From positions 1-61,684 of IMG/VR virus record IMGVR_UViG_3300044698_000167: a stretch of 61,684 nucleotides of DNA, one strand, 5' to 3'. The notes beneath the pieces were generated by a model. The model made no database searches and was not told the origin of the DNA. It worked only from the letters and a program-made list of their open reading frames with translations. Positions 26,465 to 35,512 of the stretch are shown here, one piece after another. The translations under genes and the position numbers were made by a program. Source of the DNA: a virus (Duplodnaviria; Caudoviricetes). Position 1 is the stretch's first letter; each line of letters starts with the position of its first letter.

Positions 26465-26608
26465 CTGCTCCCCGCGCACGCGGGGATGATCCCGGGCGCT
26501 GCGCATGTGCCTGGGCTGGGTCGGCCCTGCTCCCCGCGCACGCGGGGATGATCCGCAGGCCCTTGCGGACCCGGTCGGTGAGGTCGGCTGCTCCCCGCGC
26601 ACGCGGGG
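26465..26608 (+). CRISPR. Type I-E mini-array: 2 full 29-bp repeats, a 21-bp terminal repeat, 2 spacers; no cas genes
   Basis: ctgctccccgcgcacgcggggatgatcc(c/g) at 26465-26493 and 26527-26555; truncated copy at 26588-26608; spacers 26494-26526 (33 bp) and 26556-26587 (32 bp); CCCCGC/GCGGGG hairpin. Confidence 0.95.
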
Positions 26609-26674
26609 GTGTACAACGTGGACCGCCCTACGTGCCCGCTCTGCGGACCGTGGGGCGGTCCACGTTGTACACCC
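26607..26674. terminator. 22-bp perfect inverted repeat closing the mini-array
   Basis: gggtgtacaacgtggaccgccc 26607-26628 / gggcggtccacgttgtacaccc 26653-26674. Confidence 0.65.
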
Positions 26675-27464
26675 GGGACCGCTGTCTCAAGCCGTACGGA
26701 TTCCACGTGGACAGGAAGATGTCGACCAGGTACAACCCCGTGCGCCCCTCGCGGAAAAGAGCCCCCACATCCGGGTAGCTGATCGTCACGCCCTGGCGCA
26801 CCAGCTGCTGCAAGCCGGTCGGCAGCTTGCAGTCCCCGCCCTGTGCGGCGCGGATGATCTCGCAGGCCAGCGCCCCCACGGCCAGTTCTGCTCCGGCGGG
26901 CAGCGCCTCCCCGTACGCAGCCGTCACCGACCACGTGTCTGCCTCTGTGTCGTCCTTGTTCAGGTCGTTGCACCGGGGCCAGACGCCCCCGTCTGTGCGC
27001 ACCACGAGCCGGTTGTTGTCCAGCCGGTACGAGCCGGTCACCATCGGCGTGCCGTCGATCTTGATTTCAATGATCTCGTACACGGGTGCGGGCAGCACGA
27101 ACTCGCTGACCTGCGTACACGAGCAGGTACCCGGGCAGGACTCGCAGACCAGGTTGAACCACAGGCCGCCGATCAGCGCAGGCTGCGGGTAGTAACTCGA
27201 CTGCCAGGACGGGCCGAAGTCGTCGTACATCCGGCCCGAGTAGCAGTCCCTCCGGCACGGGCGCAGCGTCACATTGCACAGCCCGAACCGCATCCCCGTC
27301 ATCGCCCACAGGACCTCGGTCGCAGTGGACACCGCCAGGCCCGTGAGGGTCGGGCTGACCGCGGAGATGTCGCAGGTCCACTCAACGGGCCAGTCGGAGC
27401 ACGGGCCTGTGAGACCGCCGGTACCAGAGAGAACCGCCTGCTCGGTCGGGTTGATGACGGGCAC
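26628..27464 (-). CDS. Head-to-tail adaptor
   Basis: LWAMTGMRFGLC..TLRPC...RQGVT...TGLYLVDIFL..WNP. Confidence 0.8.
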   Translation of the reverse strand: MPVINPTEQAVLSGTGGLTGPCSDWPVEWTCDISAVSPTLTGLAVSTATEVLWAMTGMRFGLCNVTLRPCRRDCYSGRMYDDFGPSWQSSYYPQPALIGGLWFNLVCESCPGTCSCTQVSEFVLPAPVYEIIEIKIDGTPMVTGSYRLDNNRLVVRTDGGVWPRCNDLNKDDTEADTWSVTAAYGEALPAGAELAVGALACEIIRAAQGGDCKLPTGLQQLVRQGVTISYPDVGALFREGRTGLYLVDIFLSTWNPYGLRQRSRVYNVDRPTVRRAGT

Positions 27465-27473
27465 GGCGCCCCC

Positions 27474-28481
27474 TTACGCGACTGTGTTGTCGATGATGTC
27501 ACCGCGGGCTGCGAGCGCGGTGAGCAGAGACGCAAGGGCCGCGTTGCCGCCCCGGCTGCCGGTGATGGTCGCCTGCCCCACCGGGCCAGATCCGTGGAAG
27601 CCGACTGTGTCCGTCACCCCGTCCAGCGTGTGGACCCGGGCGCCGAACGCGCTCGCATTGAACTGCGTTTCCGCAGTCACGTGCAGGAGCGGAGTCCCGG
27701 ACTCCAGGCGGAGGTAGTTGTTCTGTACGCCCGTGAAGTCCCCGCCTGGAAAGGTGCTGATGAACCAGTCAGCCCCGCCGGACTCGGTGTCCAGCGCTCC
27801 GCCCCCGCGCCTGAAGCGGTACGCCTTGCCCGTGCCCTGGATGACGAAGTCACCATCGGTCGCCAGGGTGTCGGCCACCGGGCGGTACAGATTCGTATCC
27901 GGGGCGACGACGCCGCCCCCGAATTCGATGGTGCCACCCGCCCGGAGGATGATCCTCCGGGCCGTGTCCGTGTCGACACGTACCGAGATGACCGGGTCTG
28001 TAGTGGCCGTTCCGATACCGACCAAGATGTCGTGGACGTGCACGTGCCCGTTCAGGTCGACGGAGCCTGCGATGACGACGGAGCCGTCGTCGGCGATGGT
28101 CACGGTGGAGTCTGTGAGCACCAGCCCGGTGACGTCGTCGAAGCGGGCGACCGCATTGTCTGTGACCGCCCCGGCCCCGCTGATCTTCGAGGCCAGCGCC
28201 GTGGTCAGGTCCGCCTGCGTCACTGGCTGAGCCGCTGCGCCTACCGCGATCTCGAATGCTTCAGTGTCGATGTGAACCCAGTACTCCCCCTCCTCAGCCC
28301 AGAAGGTGAGGACACCGGCCGCACTGGTGGTGGCCGGGTTTGCCAGGGGGATCGTTCCGGCCGCGTCAGCCCACAGCGTGGCGAGGGTGTTCACGGCATG
28401 CTCGAACACCCTCGCGGGGATGCTGGCCGCGAGGGTCCCCGAGGGGAACCAGTAGGTGTCGGTGTACTGGGCTAGTGCCAT
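27474..28481 (-). CDS. Putative virion fibre/decoration protein
   Basis: Within the structural operon; ANPATTSAAGVLTFWAEEG; TDNAVARFD; DTNLYR. Confidence 0.6.
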   Translation of the reverse strand: MALAQYTDTYWFPSGTLAASIPARVFEHAVNTLATLWADAAGTIPLANPATTSAAGVLTFWAEEGEYWVHIDTEAFEIAVGAAAQPVTQADLTTALASKISGAGAVTDNAVARFDDVTGLVLTDSTVTIADDGSVVIAGSVDLNGHVHVHDILVGIGTATTDPVISVRVDTDTARRIILRAGGTIEFGGGVVAPDTNLYRPVADTLATDGDFVIQGTGKAYRFRRGGGALDTESGGADWFISTFPGGDFTGVQNNYLRLESGTPLLHVTAETQFNASAFGARVHTLDGVTDTVGFHGSGPVGQATITGSRGGNAALASLLTALAARGDIIDNTVA

Positions 28482-28487
28482 GGGGTC

Positions 28488-29159
28488 TCAGGCGAGCGTG
28501 GTCGTGTCGCAGGCAGCCGTGGGCGGTGTCGCTGTGGTCACGTTCCACACCCAGTGCTCATCGGTCAGCACCGACTCACCCGCCGGGAGCCAGGTAGCGC
28601 CGACCTGCGTGTCCCAGGTGGGTGCCGCGCCCCGGGTCTCGGAGATGAACTGGAGCGTGGACCGCCCGAGCTCGATCGTGTAGCTGCCGAGCTGGACCGC
28701 GCCGACGTTCGGCCAGGCGTTGTAGATGTACCGCTGGTTTCCCGACGCGTCACACGCCCCGGACCCGGCGACTTCCTGCCAGACCTCCATGGAGAATCTG
28801 TTGACCGGGGTCCCCTCCGCCACAGCGAAGCCGGTACCGGTGACCGGGTCACCTGCCCCGAGAGTGCGCGCGTCAATGACATAGGAGGCGAGTAGCACGT
28901 TGATCTCGCACCAGTCCACGGTGAGCTGCATACGCTTCAGCGTGGGGTCGTCTTTCTGGTTCACGCACGCGGTTCCGGACGCGTTGCGCTCGAAGAATTC
29001 TTCACCGTCTTCGTACTGCGGCTCCATCTCGACCTGGATGAAGCCTCCGCTGGTGGCGACCAGACCGGGGGTTCCGGTCACGGGGACGCCGCAGGAGTCC
29101 AGCGCCACGATCCGCAGGACTGTGCCCTTGATCGGTGTCGCACACGTAGAGGTAGCCAT
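28488..29159 (-). CDS. Major tail protein
   Basis: LRIVALDSCG...YEDGEEFFERNASG; cluster B-like synteny. Confidence 0.75.
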   Translation of the reverse strand: MATSTCATPIKGTVLRIVALDSCGVPVTGTPGLVATSGGFIQVEMEPQYEDGEEFFERNASGTACVNQKDDPTLKRMQLTVDWCEINVLLASYVIDARTLGAGDPVTGTGFAVAEGTPVNRFSMEVWQEVAGSGACDASGNQRYIYNAWPNVGAVQLGSYTIELGRSTLQFISETRGAAPTWDTQVGATWLPAGESVLTDEHWVWNVTTATPPTAACDTTTLA

Positions 29160-29168
29160 GCCCGCTCC

Positions 29169-30050
29169 TTACGCGGTAGGTACGCCGATGTCGATCAGGG
29201 CAGCGATCAGGCAGCACGAGTAGCCGATCACGTACGTGCGTTCGGCGATCATCTGCACGGTGTTCTCAGCGCGGTCGAAGCTGTCCCGGACCTGGGTTGC
29301 GAACACGTCACCCCTGTAGGCGAATACCGGTCCGGTCGCGTAGATCCAGGACGTCCCCGCCGCAGGCGCAGCCCCGGCCGGGGACGTGCCCGGGTAGTCC
29401 CCGCTGACCACGACCAGGTTCCCGGACATGGTGCGCAGTCGGCCGTCCACCTCCTGCACCAGCAGGGATGCGGTGAACGTGGGCAGCGCGAACCGGGGGA
29501 TGTGGATGACGCCTTCCCCGCCGTAGCACTGGTCCAGCTCGTGCTCCAGCTCACCCAGTCCCACGGCCACGTCTACGCCTGTGATCGCGATCGTGGCTGC
29601 GGACTGGAGCACGATGCCGCTGCTGTCCAGGACCCCGGCACCGGATGCCAGGTGGGGCAGCACGATGCCTGGCTGGCCTCCGGCCGTCCCGGTCCAGAAA
29701 GCAGCTTCGACCTGCGAGTGTTCCACCCGGTCCAGGGAGTCTTCCGCCACCGTGGCTGCGTCCGCCAGACCGACCGGGGAGCAGTCGAACTCTGCGAAGG
29801 CCGTGAACGCTGTAGCTCCCCGGAACTCCTGGACGACGTTGTCAGCCTTGGCGGGCGGGGCCGGGGGAGAGCCGGTCCCGGTGACCGTGATGCATTCGTC
29901 GTAGGTGGTGTCCCCGGCGGGGCACCGGTCGATCCAGGTGACGCCCTGCTGCCAGTGGTCGGGGGGCGCAGGCTTCTGCGCTGCGTCCCACAGCCCGTAC
30001 GGCAGGGGGGTGAACACAGGTGGATCGGCGATCGGACGCGCGCCGGCCAT
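29169..30050 (-). CDS. Second capsid protein (pentamer-like)
   Basis: Follows the MCP; HWQQGV...WIYATGPV...N...AERTYVIG. Confidence 0.7.
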   Translation of the reverse strand: MAGARPIADPPVFTPLPYGLWDAAQKPAPPDHWQQGVTWIDRCPAGDTTYDECITVTGTGSPPAPPAKADNVVQEFRGATAFTAFAEFDCSPVGLADAATVAEDSLDRVEHSQVEAAFWTGTAGGQPGIVLPHLASGAGVLDSSGIVLQSAATIAITGVDVAVGLGELEHELDQCYGGEGVIHIPRFALPTFTASLLVQEVDGRLRTMSGNLVVVSGDYPGTSPAGAAPAAGTSWIYATGPVFAYRGDVFATQVRDSFDRAENTVQMIAERTYVIGYSCCLIAALIDIGVPTA

Positions 30051-30083
30051 CAGCGCTCACCTCCCTCCGGGTCAGAGAACGGA

Positions 30084-31901
30084 TCAGAGGTTCGGGAAGG
30101 CTTCCAGGCTGGTGCCGGGAACGACCGTGGCTGTCGTGGTCGCACCCATCACGGAGAACGTGATCCGGTACTGCCGCGACTCGTGACCTACTGCGGCGAT
30201 CAAGTGGCACTCCTCCGACCAGGCCGCCGTGTAGTCGTTCTCCGCGTTCAGGACAGAGTCGCGGATGACGCCCAGGTCCAGGGTCATGCCCTGGCCGTGC
30301 AGGAACGTGCCCGCAGCGAAGATCATCACATCGGCCGTGGTCGGCCAAGCGGTCATCGGGGTCGCGTTGCCGAACTGCCCGGCGCCGCGCACCTGCCAGT
30401 CGTTCACCCACTGGACCCTGAGGTTCCGGTCTGTGAAGAACGCGGTGATCTGGGCGTCCGCCACAGACAGCAGGTCGATACCGGTCCGCCACGCCAGGTC
30501 GGCCCGGATTACATTGCGCAGCCAGTACGGGGCCACCACTTCGAGGATGTCATCTGTGCACATGCCGTAGCGGGCGCGGTAGTCGGTAGCACCCAGGTCG
30601 ATGCCTCCGAGCACCTGCTGGAACACCGGCTTTGCCGTCGCGGCCGTACCGCCCGCGGCGAACTCGCCTGTGGAGATCACAGCCGAGGACGCGGCGACCA
30701 TGAGCGCAATGAGCCTGGCGTTGATGGCACGCTCGTGCGCCCGCATCAGGAGCTGGAGCGTGTTCTGCGTGGCTTCGGGGTACGCGTCGTTGGTCAGGTT
30801 GCCCGCGGTCAGGCAGATGCCGTAGCACTCCAGCCGCGCTTCATCGAAGGTGGGGCAGGGGACCCTCATGCACGGCTTGTTGGGGGAGCCTGTGACGGTG
30901 GCTTCGTCGTCGCCCTCGGTCCACAGCCACGGGATGGATTCGTTGGAGACTGTGACCGCGAACCCGCCGAACGCGGTCGAGCCGATAGCGGTCGCGAGGG
31001 AGGGCGAGACCGGGAACTGGATTCCGCCCCGGGTGATGCCGACCGTCGGCAGGTCGATGAGACCATCCGAGCAGGCGATGTTGAAGAAGTCGTAGCGGAT
31101 CTCGGACGGGGCGCACCAGCCGCCGCCCGCCACGAGGGACTCTTTCACCTCGGGCCGGGTGAGGTGGTTGATCAGCTCGCCGACCTGGGCGAAGGACGTC
31201 CGGTCATCCACCGTGTGCTCAAAGGCGTTCTTCACCGTGGCCACGATGTGGCCCTGCTCGGTGGAGCCGGTCCGGCTGACCGGGATCGCCTTGGCCTTCT
31301 TCGCGAACGCGGCCCCGAGAGAATCCATCGTGGCCAGCTCGGTGCCGTGGGAGACGCCGGGGATGTCGATGGACGCAGTGACCGCGAGACGCGGGGTGGT
31401 GACCGGTACGGCAGGGGCGAGACGGGCTGTCTCGGACAGTGAAGCGGTAGCGCGGCGGGTCATCGCGCCCAGGTCCATGCCGCCGCGCCGGTCGGACATC
31501 ATCGTGGCGAGCGCGGCGGTGACGCCCTGTGCGGTCGCCTTCGCGATGGCTTCGGCGTCGACGGCTGCTGCGACCGGCTCTGCCGTCACAGGCTCCGATG
31601 CGCCGTGCACGCGGGTGGCGATGGCCGCCATCTGGTCGGCCGCCTTGACCCGGGCCTGCTCCGCCAGGCGCTGCTCCCGGACTGTGCGGACTTCGAGTTC
31701 CGCGCCGATCCGGTCCAGGTCGTCAGCCAGGCGGGTGGCGTAGGCGATGCGCTGGGACACCGCTTCCGGGGAGACTTCCACGCTGTCCTGGCCGTGGATG
31801 CGGTCGAACTCGGCCGTCCCCTTGGCCTGGAGTTCCGCCAGTTCGGCGTCACTGACCAGTGTCAGATCCGGCGGGGCGGAGAACAGTTCATCACGGGCCA
31901 T
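30084..31901 (-). CDS. Major capsid (hexamer) protein with N-terminal scaffold region
   Basis: LVAGGGWCAPSEIRYD...DLPT...RGGI...LDLGVIRDSVLNAENDY. Confidence 0.88.
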   Translation of the reverse strand: MARDELFSAPPDLTLVSDAELAELQAKGTAEFDRIHGQDSVEVSPEAVSQRIAYATRLADDLDRIGAELEVRTVREQRLAEQARVKAADQMAAIATRVHGASEPVTAEPVAAAVDAEAIAKATAQGVTAALATMMSDRRGGMDLGAMTRRATASLSETARLAPAVPVTTPRLAVTASIDIPGVSHGTELATMDSLGAAFAKKAKAIPVSRTGSTEQGHIVATVKNAFEHTVDDRTSFAQVGELINHLTRPEVKESLVAGGGWCAPSEIRYDFFNIACSDGLIDLPTVGITRGGIQFPVSPSLATAIGSTAFGGFAVTVSNESIPWLWTEGDDEATVTGSPNKPCMRVPCPTFDEARLECYGICLTAGNLTNDAYPEATQNTLQLLMRAHERAINARLIALMVAASSAVISTGEFAAGGTAATAKPVFQQVLGGIDLGATDYRARYGMCTDDILEVVAPYWLRNVIRADLAWRTGIDLLSVADAQITAFFTDRNLRVQWVNDWQVRGAGQFGNATPMTAWPTTADVMIFAAGTFLHGQGMTLDLGVIRDSVLNAENDYTAAWSEECHLIAAVGHESRQYRITFSVMGATTTATVVPGTSLEAFPNL

Positions 31902-32030
31902 GTTCAGACTCCCCTGTGACCGAATCGGACTAGTCCGAAAGGACTACTCAGAGTCAAGTTAGCACCTGGCACGGGAGGGCGGCAAAGATCAATATCATTG
32001 ATCGATCCGGTAAAACTAAAGGTCGGGGAA

Positions 32031-32072
32031 ACACACCAGCCCCCGGGACCCAGGAACCGGGGGCTGGTGTGT
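32031..32072 (-). terminator. Intrinsic terminator
   Basis: 16-bp arms acacaccagcccccgg / ccgggggctggtgtgt; T run on the minus strand. Confidence 0.7.
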
Positions 32073-32084
32073 GACTGGGCATGA

Positions 32085-32141
32085 CTACGCCGGGGGAGGG
32101 GGCACCAGAGGCTTTGTCTTCCGCTTGCCGCATGCGCACAT
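32085..32141 (-). CDS. Tiny Cys/basic peptide MCACGKRKTKPLVPPPPA
   Basis: RBS ggagg; directly after the protease gene. Confidence 0.35.
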   Translation of the reverse strand: MCACGKRKTKPLVPPPPA

Positions 32142-32149
32142 GAGAGCCG

Positions 32150-35100
32150 TCACCTCCCCTCGTGGACGCGGGTGTGCAGGTCATCCAAGATCACCCGGTA
32201 CGCCCTCTTCAGGTCCATGGCCTCAGGGTGCCAGACCGGAGCGGACACCCCTGCCGCGACGAGCGCCATCGGCTGGCCTCCGGCTACCCGGGCCCGGGTA
32301 CGGGTGTCGCCTTGCAGGAATCCGGCCACGTTCACCCCGAGCAGTGCGACCAGGCGCAGCTTCCCGCCGACGTTGCGCCAGTCCCCCGACACCCTGCCCG
32401 CGGCCCGCAGGGCGAACACCGCCTCCGGGTCTGCGCCGGGGCGGATCTGACCGGCCAGCCAGATCCCGTGCTTGTCATTGCCTACGGCCACATCGGCGAT
32501 AGCAGTCCCGGTGTTGTCGTAGTGGTCGGCGGCCGGGCGTGCCTTCATGTACAGCGACGCGTGCCCGGTACCGATCGTGATCTGCCCGACCGCAGCCCGG
32601 GACCCGTCTGAGCAGACCACTTCGCCGGTCATGTAGTGGTCGTGGACATCCTCGCGCGGCGCGGTGACGCACTCCCCGTCGTACCCGATGTGGCATGCAT
32701 TCCACGGGGCCACGTGTCCGTACAGGTAGCCGTCGTCTGTGGCCACCACCCCGGTGTACCCGGCCAGCCCCGGGTCTGCGAACCGGGACGGGTGCGGCCT
32801 GCGGTCGGTGAGGGAGACAGACGCGGTGACCGGGCGCAGCCGGAAAGGTTCCGGTTCCATCCCGGCGTCCCGCAGGTGCGCGGCCACGTGGTCGTACACG
32901 CCCCGCCGGTCGGCGTCAGGGATCACGGTGCCGCCCCGGGCTCCGTGCAATGCGCCGATGGTGGCGGAGCACGCCTTCAGATTCGCAGGCCCTGCCGACC
33001 CGTCGTCGCTGATCTCATGGTGGAGGAACTTGGCGGCTGTCTTCGGCAGCTGCCCGTCCTCCACTGCGGCGTCATCGAACCAGCCGTACGCGGCACGTAC
33101 CTGGTCCACCGTGAGCGGGGACGGCAGACGCTTCTCGTTGACCCCGGCATCCCAGTCAGCGTCTGATGTCGCGGTGTCGTGAGCACCCACGGCGCCGAAC
33201 TGGTACGGGACCCCGCCGGCCACGAGTCCCCCGGCCTCATCGGTCAGGGCTATGTACGCCTCAGCGAACGCGGGGATGTCAACGAGCGTCGCAGCACGGA
33301 TGCGGCCCGCATGAAAGATCATCTTCTCCGGGGGCGGTCCGCCGAACAGCAGCGCCAGCGGATCGTCTTCGTCCGCCTCACCGCCGCCCTCGGGCCAGAC
33401 CAGCTCCACATCAGCGTCGCTGATCGAATCGGCGTCGATGGACACACCCCGCAGGAACTGGCCCTTGATCAGGTCGTAGACGCGCTGCCCGTCCGGCTCC
33501 CCCAGATTCAGTACGCCCTTGCCCATGATCTTTCCTTCGTCACGCCAGATCTCGTCGATCCGGCCGACGTTCACCGCCACGGTGTGCGGCTCCCCGCCGT
33601 GGGAGTCCTCCTTGTTCCAGCGCAGCGGGACCGGGAGATCAGCCCAGGTCAGCGCACCGGAAGCGAACTCGCGCCCGTCCCCGGTGACGATCCCCTCCAC
33701 CGCCAGGGGGCCGGTCCACGGAGCGGTCTGTGCTGCTTCCACAGCAACCGGGTCCGTAAGATCACCAGCCATCATGGCGCGGTAGTGGTCAGCGTCCTTC
33801 ATCCGCTTCCGGTCCTGGGCCGCGTAGTCCACGGAGACGTCACCGGTGCCGTCGCCCTCCGCCGCGTACAGCGCAGCGACCTGGTCTTCGGCTTCACCGC
33901 GCGTGGCGAAGCAGCCCTCCACCGACCCGTCCTGCTCCTTCACCACGGCGAACGGCTCATCACTGCCGCACTCCCCGTGGTCCTCGACCACCGTCCAAGG
34001 CATACCCGTTCCCTCCGCTGCGGTTACGGCGGCCGAAGCGGTCGCGCCGGATTGATCACTCCACACGGTCACGATCGTCCCCCGGCACCGTGAGCCGCCT
34101 AGGCAGTCCCGGTACCCGCCGGACGAGTACGCCACGAAGGACGCGGCCAGCGTCGGGTACTCAGTCCCGTCCACCTTGCGACAGGGGAGACACGAGTTAC
34201 GATCTAGGACTTCTGAGGCGAAATAGCGCCCGGGCGGGGCCACGGCGAGCACGGTCCTGCGCCCCTCGCTCTGCGCCTGCGTCACCGCGCCGCCCACAGC
34301 GTCCCGCGGCCCGGCATCGGTCAGCCCCGCCAGGTGTTCTTCCACACCTGCGGTGACCAGATCAGGTGTCGTCCCCCGGCCGAACAGCCGCAGCGCGGCG
34401 CGCACCGCGCTGGTGACCAGCGAGGTGGACATGAGCCGGGCGGTCACCCGGGCCACCGAGTCCAGCAGGTCCCTGCCTATGGCTGCGGTCAGCGAGTCGG
34501 CCGACGCGGCAAGGGACCACTCCGGGACCGTGACCCCCTGCGCTTCGGCTTCCGCCTGCTGATCCTCCGCGGCTGCCTGCGCTGCTTCCAGCAGGTGCGG
34601 AAGCAGCACCTCGTAGACCGCTTCGTCGTCCACCGCGACCGAGTCCAGGGCGGTCAGGTCGTCCGCCTTCGCAGCGGCGGATACCTGGGCCACGATCTCT
34701 TCCTGCTGCCGGGCCCGCACCGGTTCCAGGGCGGCCAGCACAGCGTCCACCGTGTCGGCCCACGCGTCCTGCATCCGGGCGAAGTCGGTGTGCGCAGCCA
34801 GCTCCACCGGGGTCAGGTCCCGGCGCAGCGGGGCAGCCGCAGCGGTCAGCGCCCCGGACAGCGGGATGTCTGTGTACTCCCCGCCGAAGGCTACCCGCAC
34901 CCGGTCGAACTCCACCGGACCCAGCCTGCGTTGCAGTTCCTTGGCCAGGGACAGGTCACCGGTGTATGCCACACAGATATGCGGTGCCCACGGGGTGTGC
35001 TGCTTAGGCAGCTCCGGGTCGTTATGGCCGTCCTCCAGAGCACGGATCACCGGTCCCCGGACCTGCTCCAGTGACATGCCGTCATCGGACCGGTCTTCCG

Positions 35101-35512
35101 CCGGAACGTCCCCGACCCCGAGCACCCAGCAGGGATCGTCACCGTTGCCGTTCCAGTGGTTGACCCCGAAGACGACCCCCTTCACCGTGCCCGGGCCGTC
35201 GGCGGTGACGAAGTCCATGACCCTGTTGGTGATCGACACGCGGTCGTCCTGGCTGAATGCACCCATGTCGCAGCCGAGGAAGAACAGTGTGACGTGCAGT
35301 TCGTCGGCCGTCTCCCCGCCTGGGAGCTTCAGCCGCTCCGCGTCGGCGGCCGTCGGCATGAGCGCGACCATCCCGCAGCCGGGATGGTCTCCGTCCGCCA
35401 GTTCCACGACCCGGTGCCCGTGGGCGTGCTGCACATGTCGGCCCCGCAGGTGGAACGCCGCAGCGCTGACCAGGGCCCTGTCTCCCTCGCGGTACACCCC
35501 GTGCGCGGCCAT
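32150..35512 (-). CDS. 2H-phosphoesterase + MuF-like + capsid maturation protease fusion
   Basis: LHVTL...PHICVAY (2H); LDRNSCLPC...CLGGSRCRG (MuF); EGIVTGDGR...GVSID...ATLVDIPAF (protease); TAATG overlap with the portal. Confidence 0.8.
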   Translation of the reverse strand: MAAHGVYREGDRALVSAAAFHLRGRHVQHAHGHRVVELADGDHPGCGMVALMPTAADAERLKLPGGETADELHVTLFFLGCDMGAFSQDDRVSITNRVMDFVTADGPGTVKGVVFGVNHWNGNGDDPCWVLGVGDVPAEDRSDDGMSLEQVRGPVIRALEDGHNDPELPKQHTPWAPHICVAYTGDLSLAKELQRRLGPVEFDRVRVAFGGEYTDIPLSGALTAAAAPLRRDLTPVELAAHTDFARMQDAWADTVDAVLAALEPVRARQQEEIVAQVSAAAKADDLTALDSVAVDDEAVYEVLLPHLLEAAQAAAEDQQAEAEAQGVTVPEWSLAASADSLTAAIGRDLLDSVARVTARLMSTSLVTSAVRAALRLFGRGTTPDLVTAGVEEHLAGLTDAGPRDAVGGAVTQAQSEGRRTVLAVAPPGRYFASEVLDRNSCLPCRKVDGTEYPTLAASFVAYSSGGYRDCLGGSRCRGTIVTVWSDQSGATASAAVTAAEGTGMPWTVVEDHGECGSDEPFAVVKEQDGSVEGCFATRGEAEDQVAALYAAEGDGTGDVSVDYAAQDRKRMKDADHYRAMMAGDLTDPVAVEAAQTAPWTGPLAVEGIVTGDGREFASGALTWADLPVPLRWNKEDSHGGEPHTVAVNVGRIDEIWRDEGKIMGKGVLNLGEPDGQRVYDLIKGQFLRGVSIDADSISDADVELVWPEGGGEADEDDPLALLFGGPPPEKMIFHAGRIRAATLVDIPAFAEAYIALTDEAGGLVAGGVPYQFGAVGAHDTATSDADWDAGVNEKRLPSPLTVDQVRAAYGWFDDAAVEDGQLPKTAAKFLHHEISDDGSAGPANLKACSATIGALHGARGGTVIPDADRRGVYDHVAAHLRDAGMEPEPFRLRPVTASVSLTDRRPHPSRFADPGLAGYTGVVATDDGYLYGHVAPWNACHIGYDGECVTAPREDVHDHYMTGEVVCSDGSRAAVGQITIGTGHASLYMKARPAADHYDNTGTAIADVAVGNDKHGIWLAGQIRPGADPEAVFALRAAGRVSGDWRNVGGKLRLVALLGVNVAGFLQGDTRTRARVAGGQPMALVAAGVSAPVWHPEAMDLKRAYRVILDDLHTRVHEGR

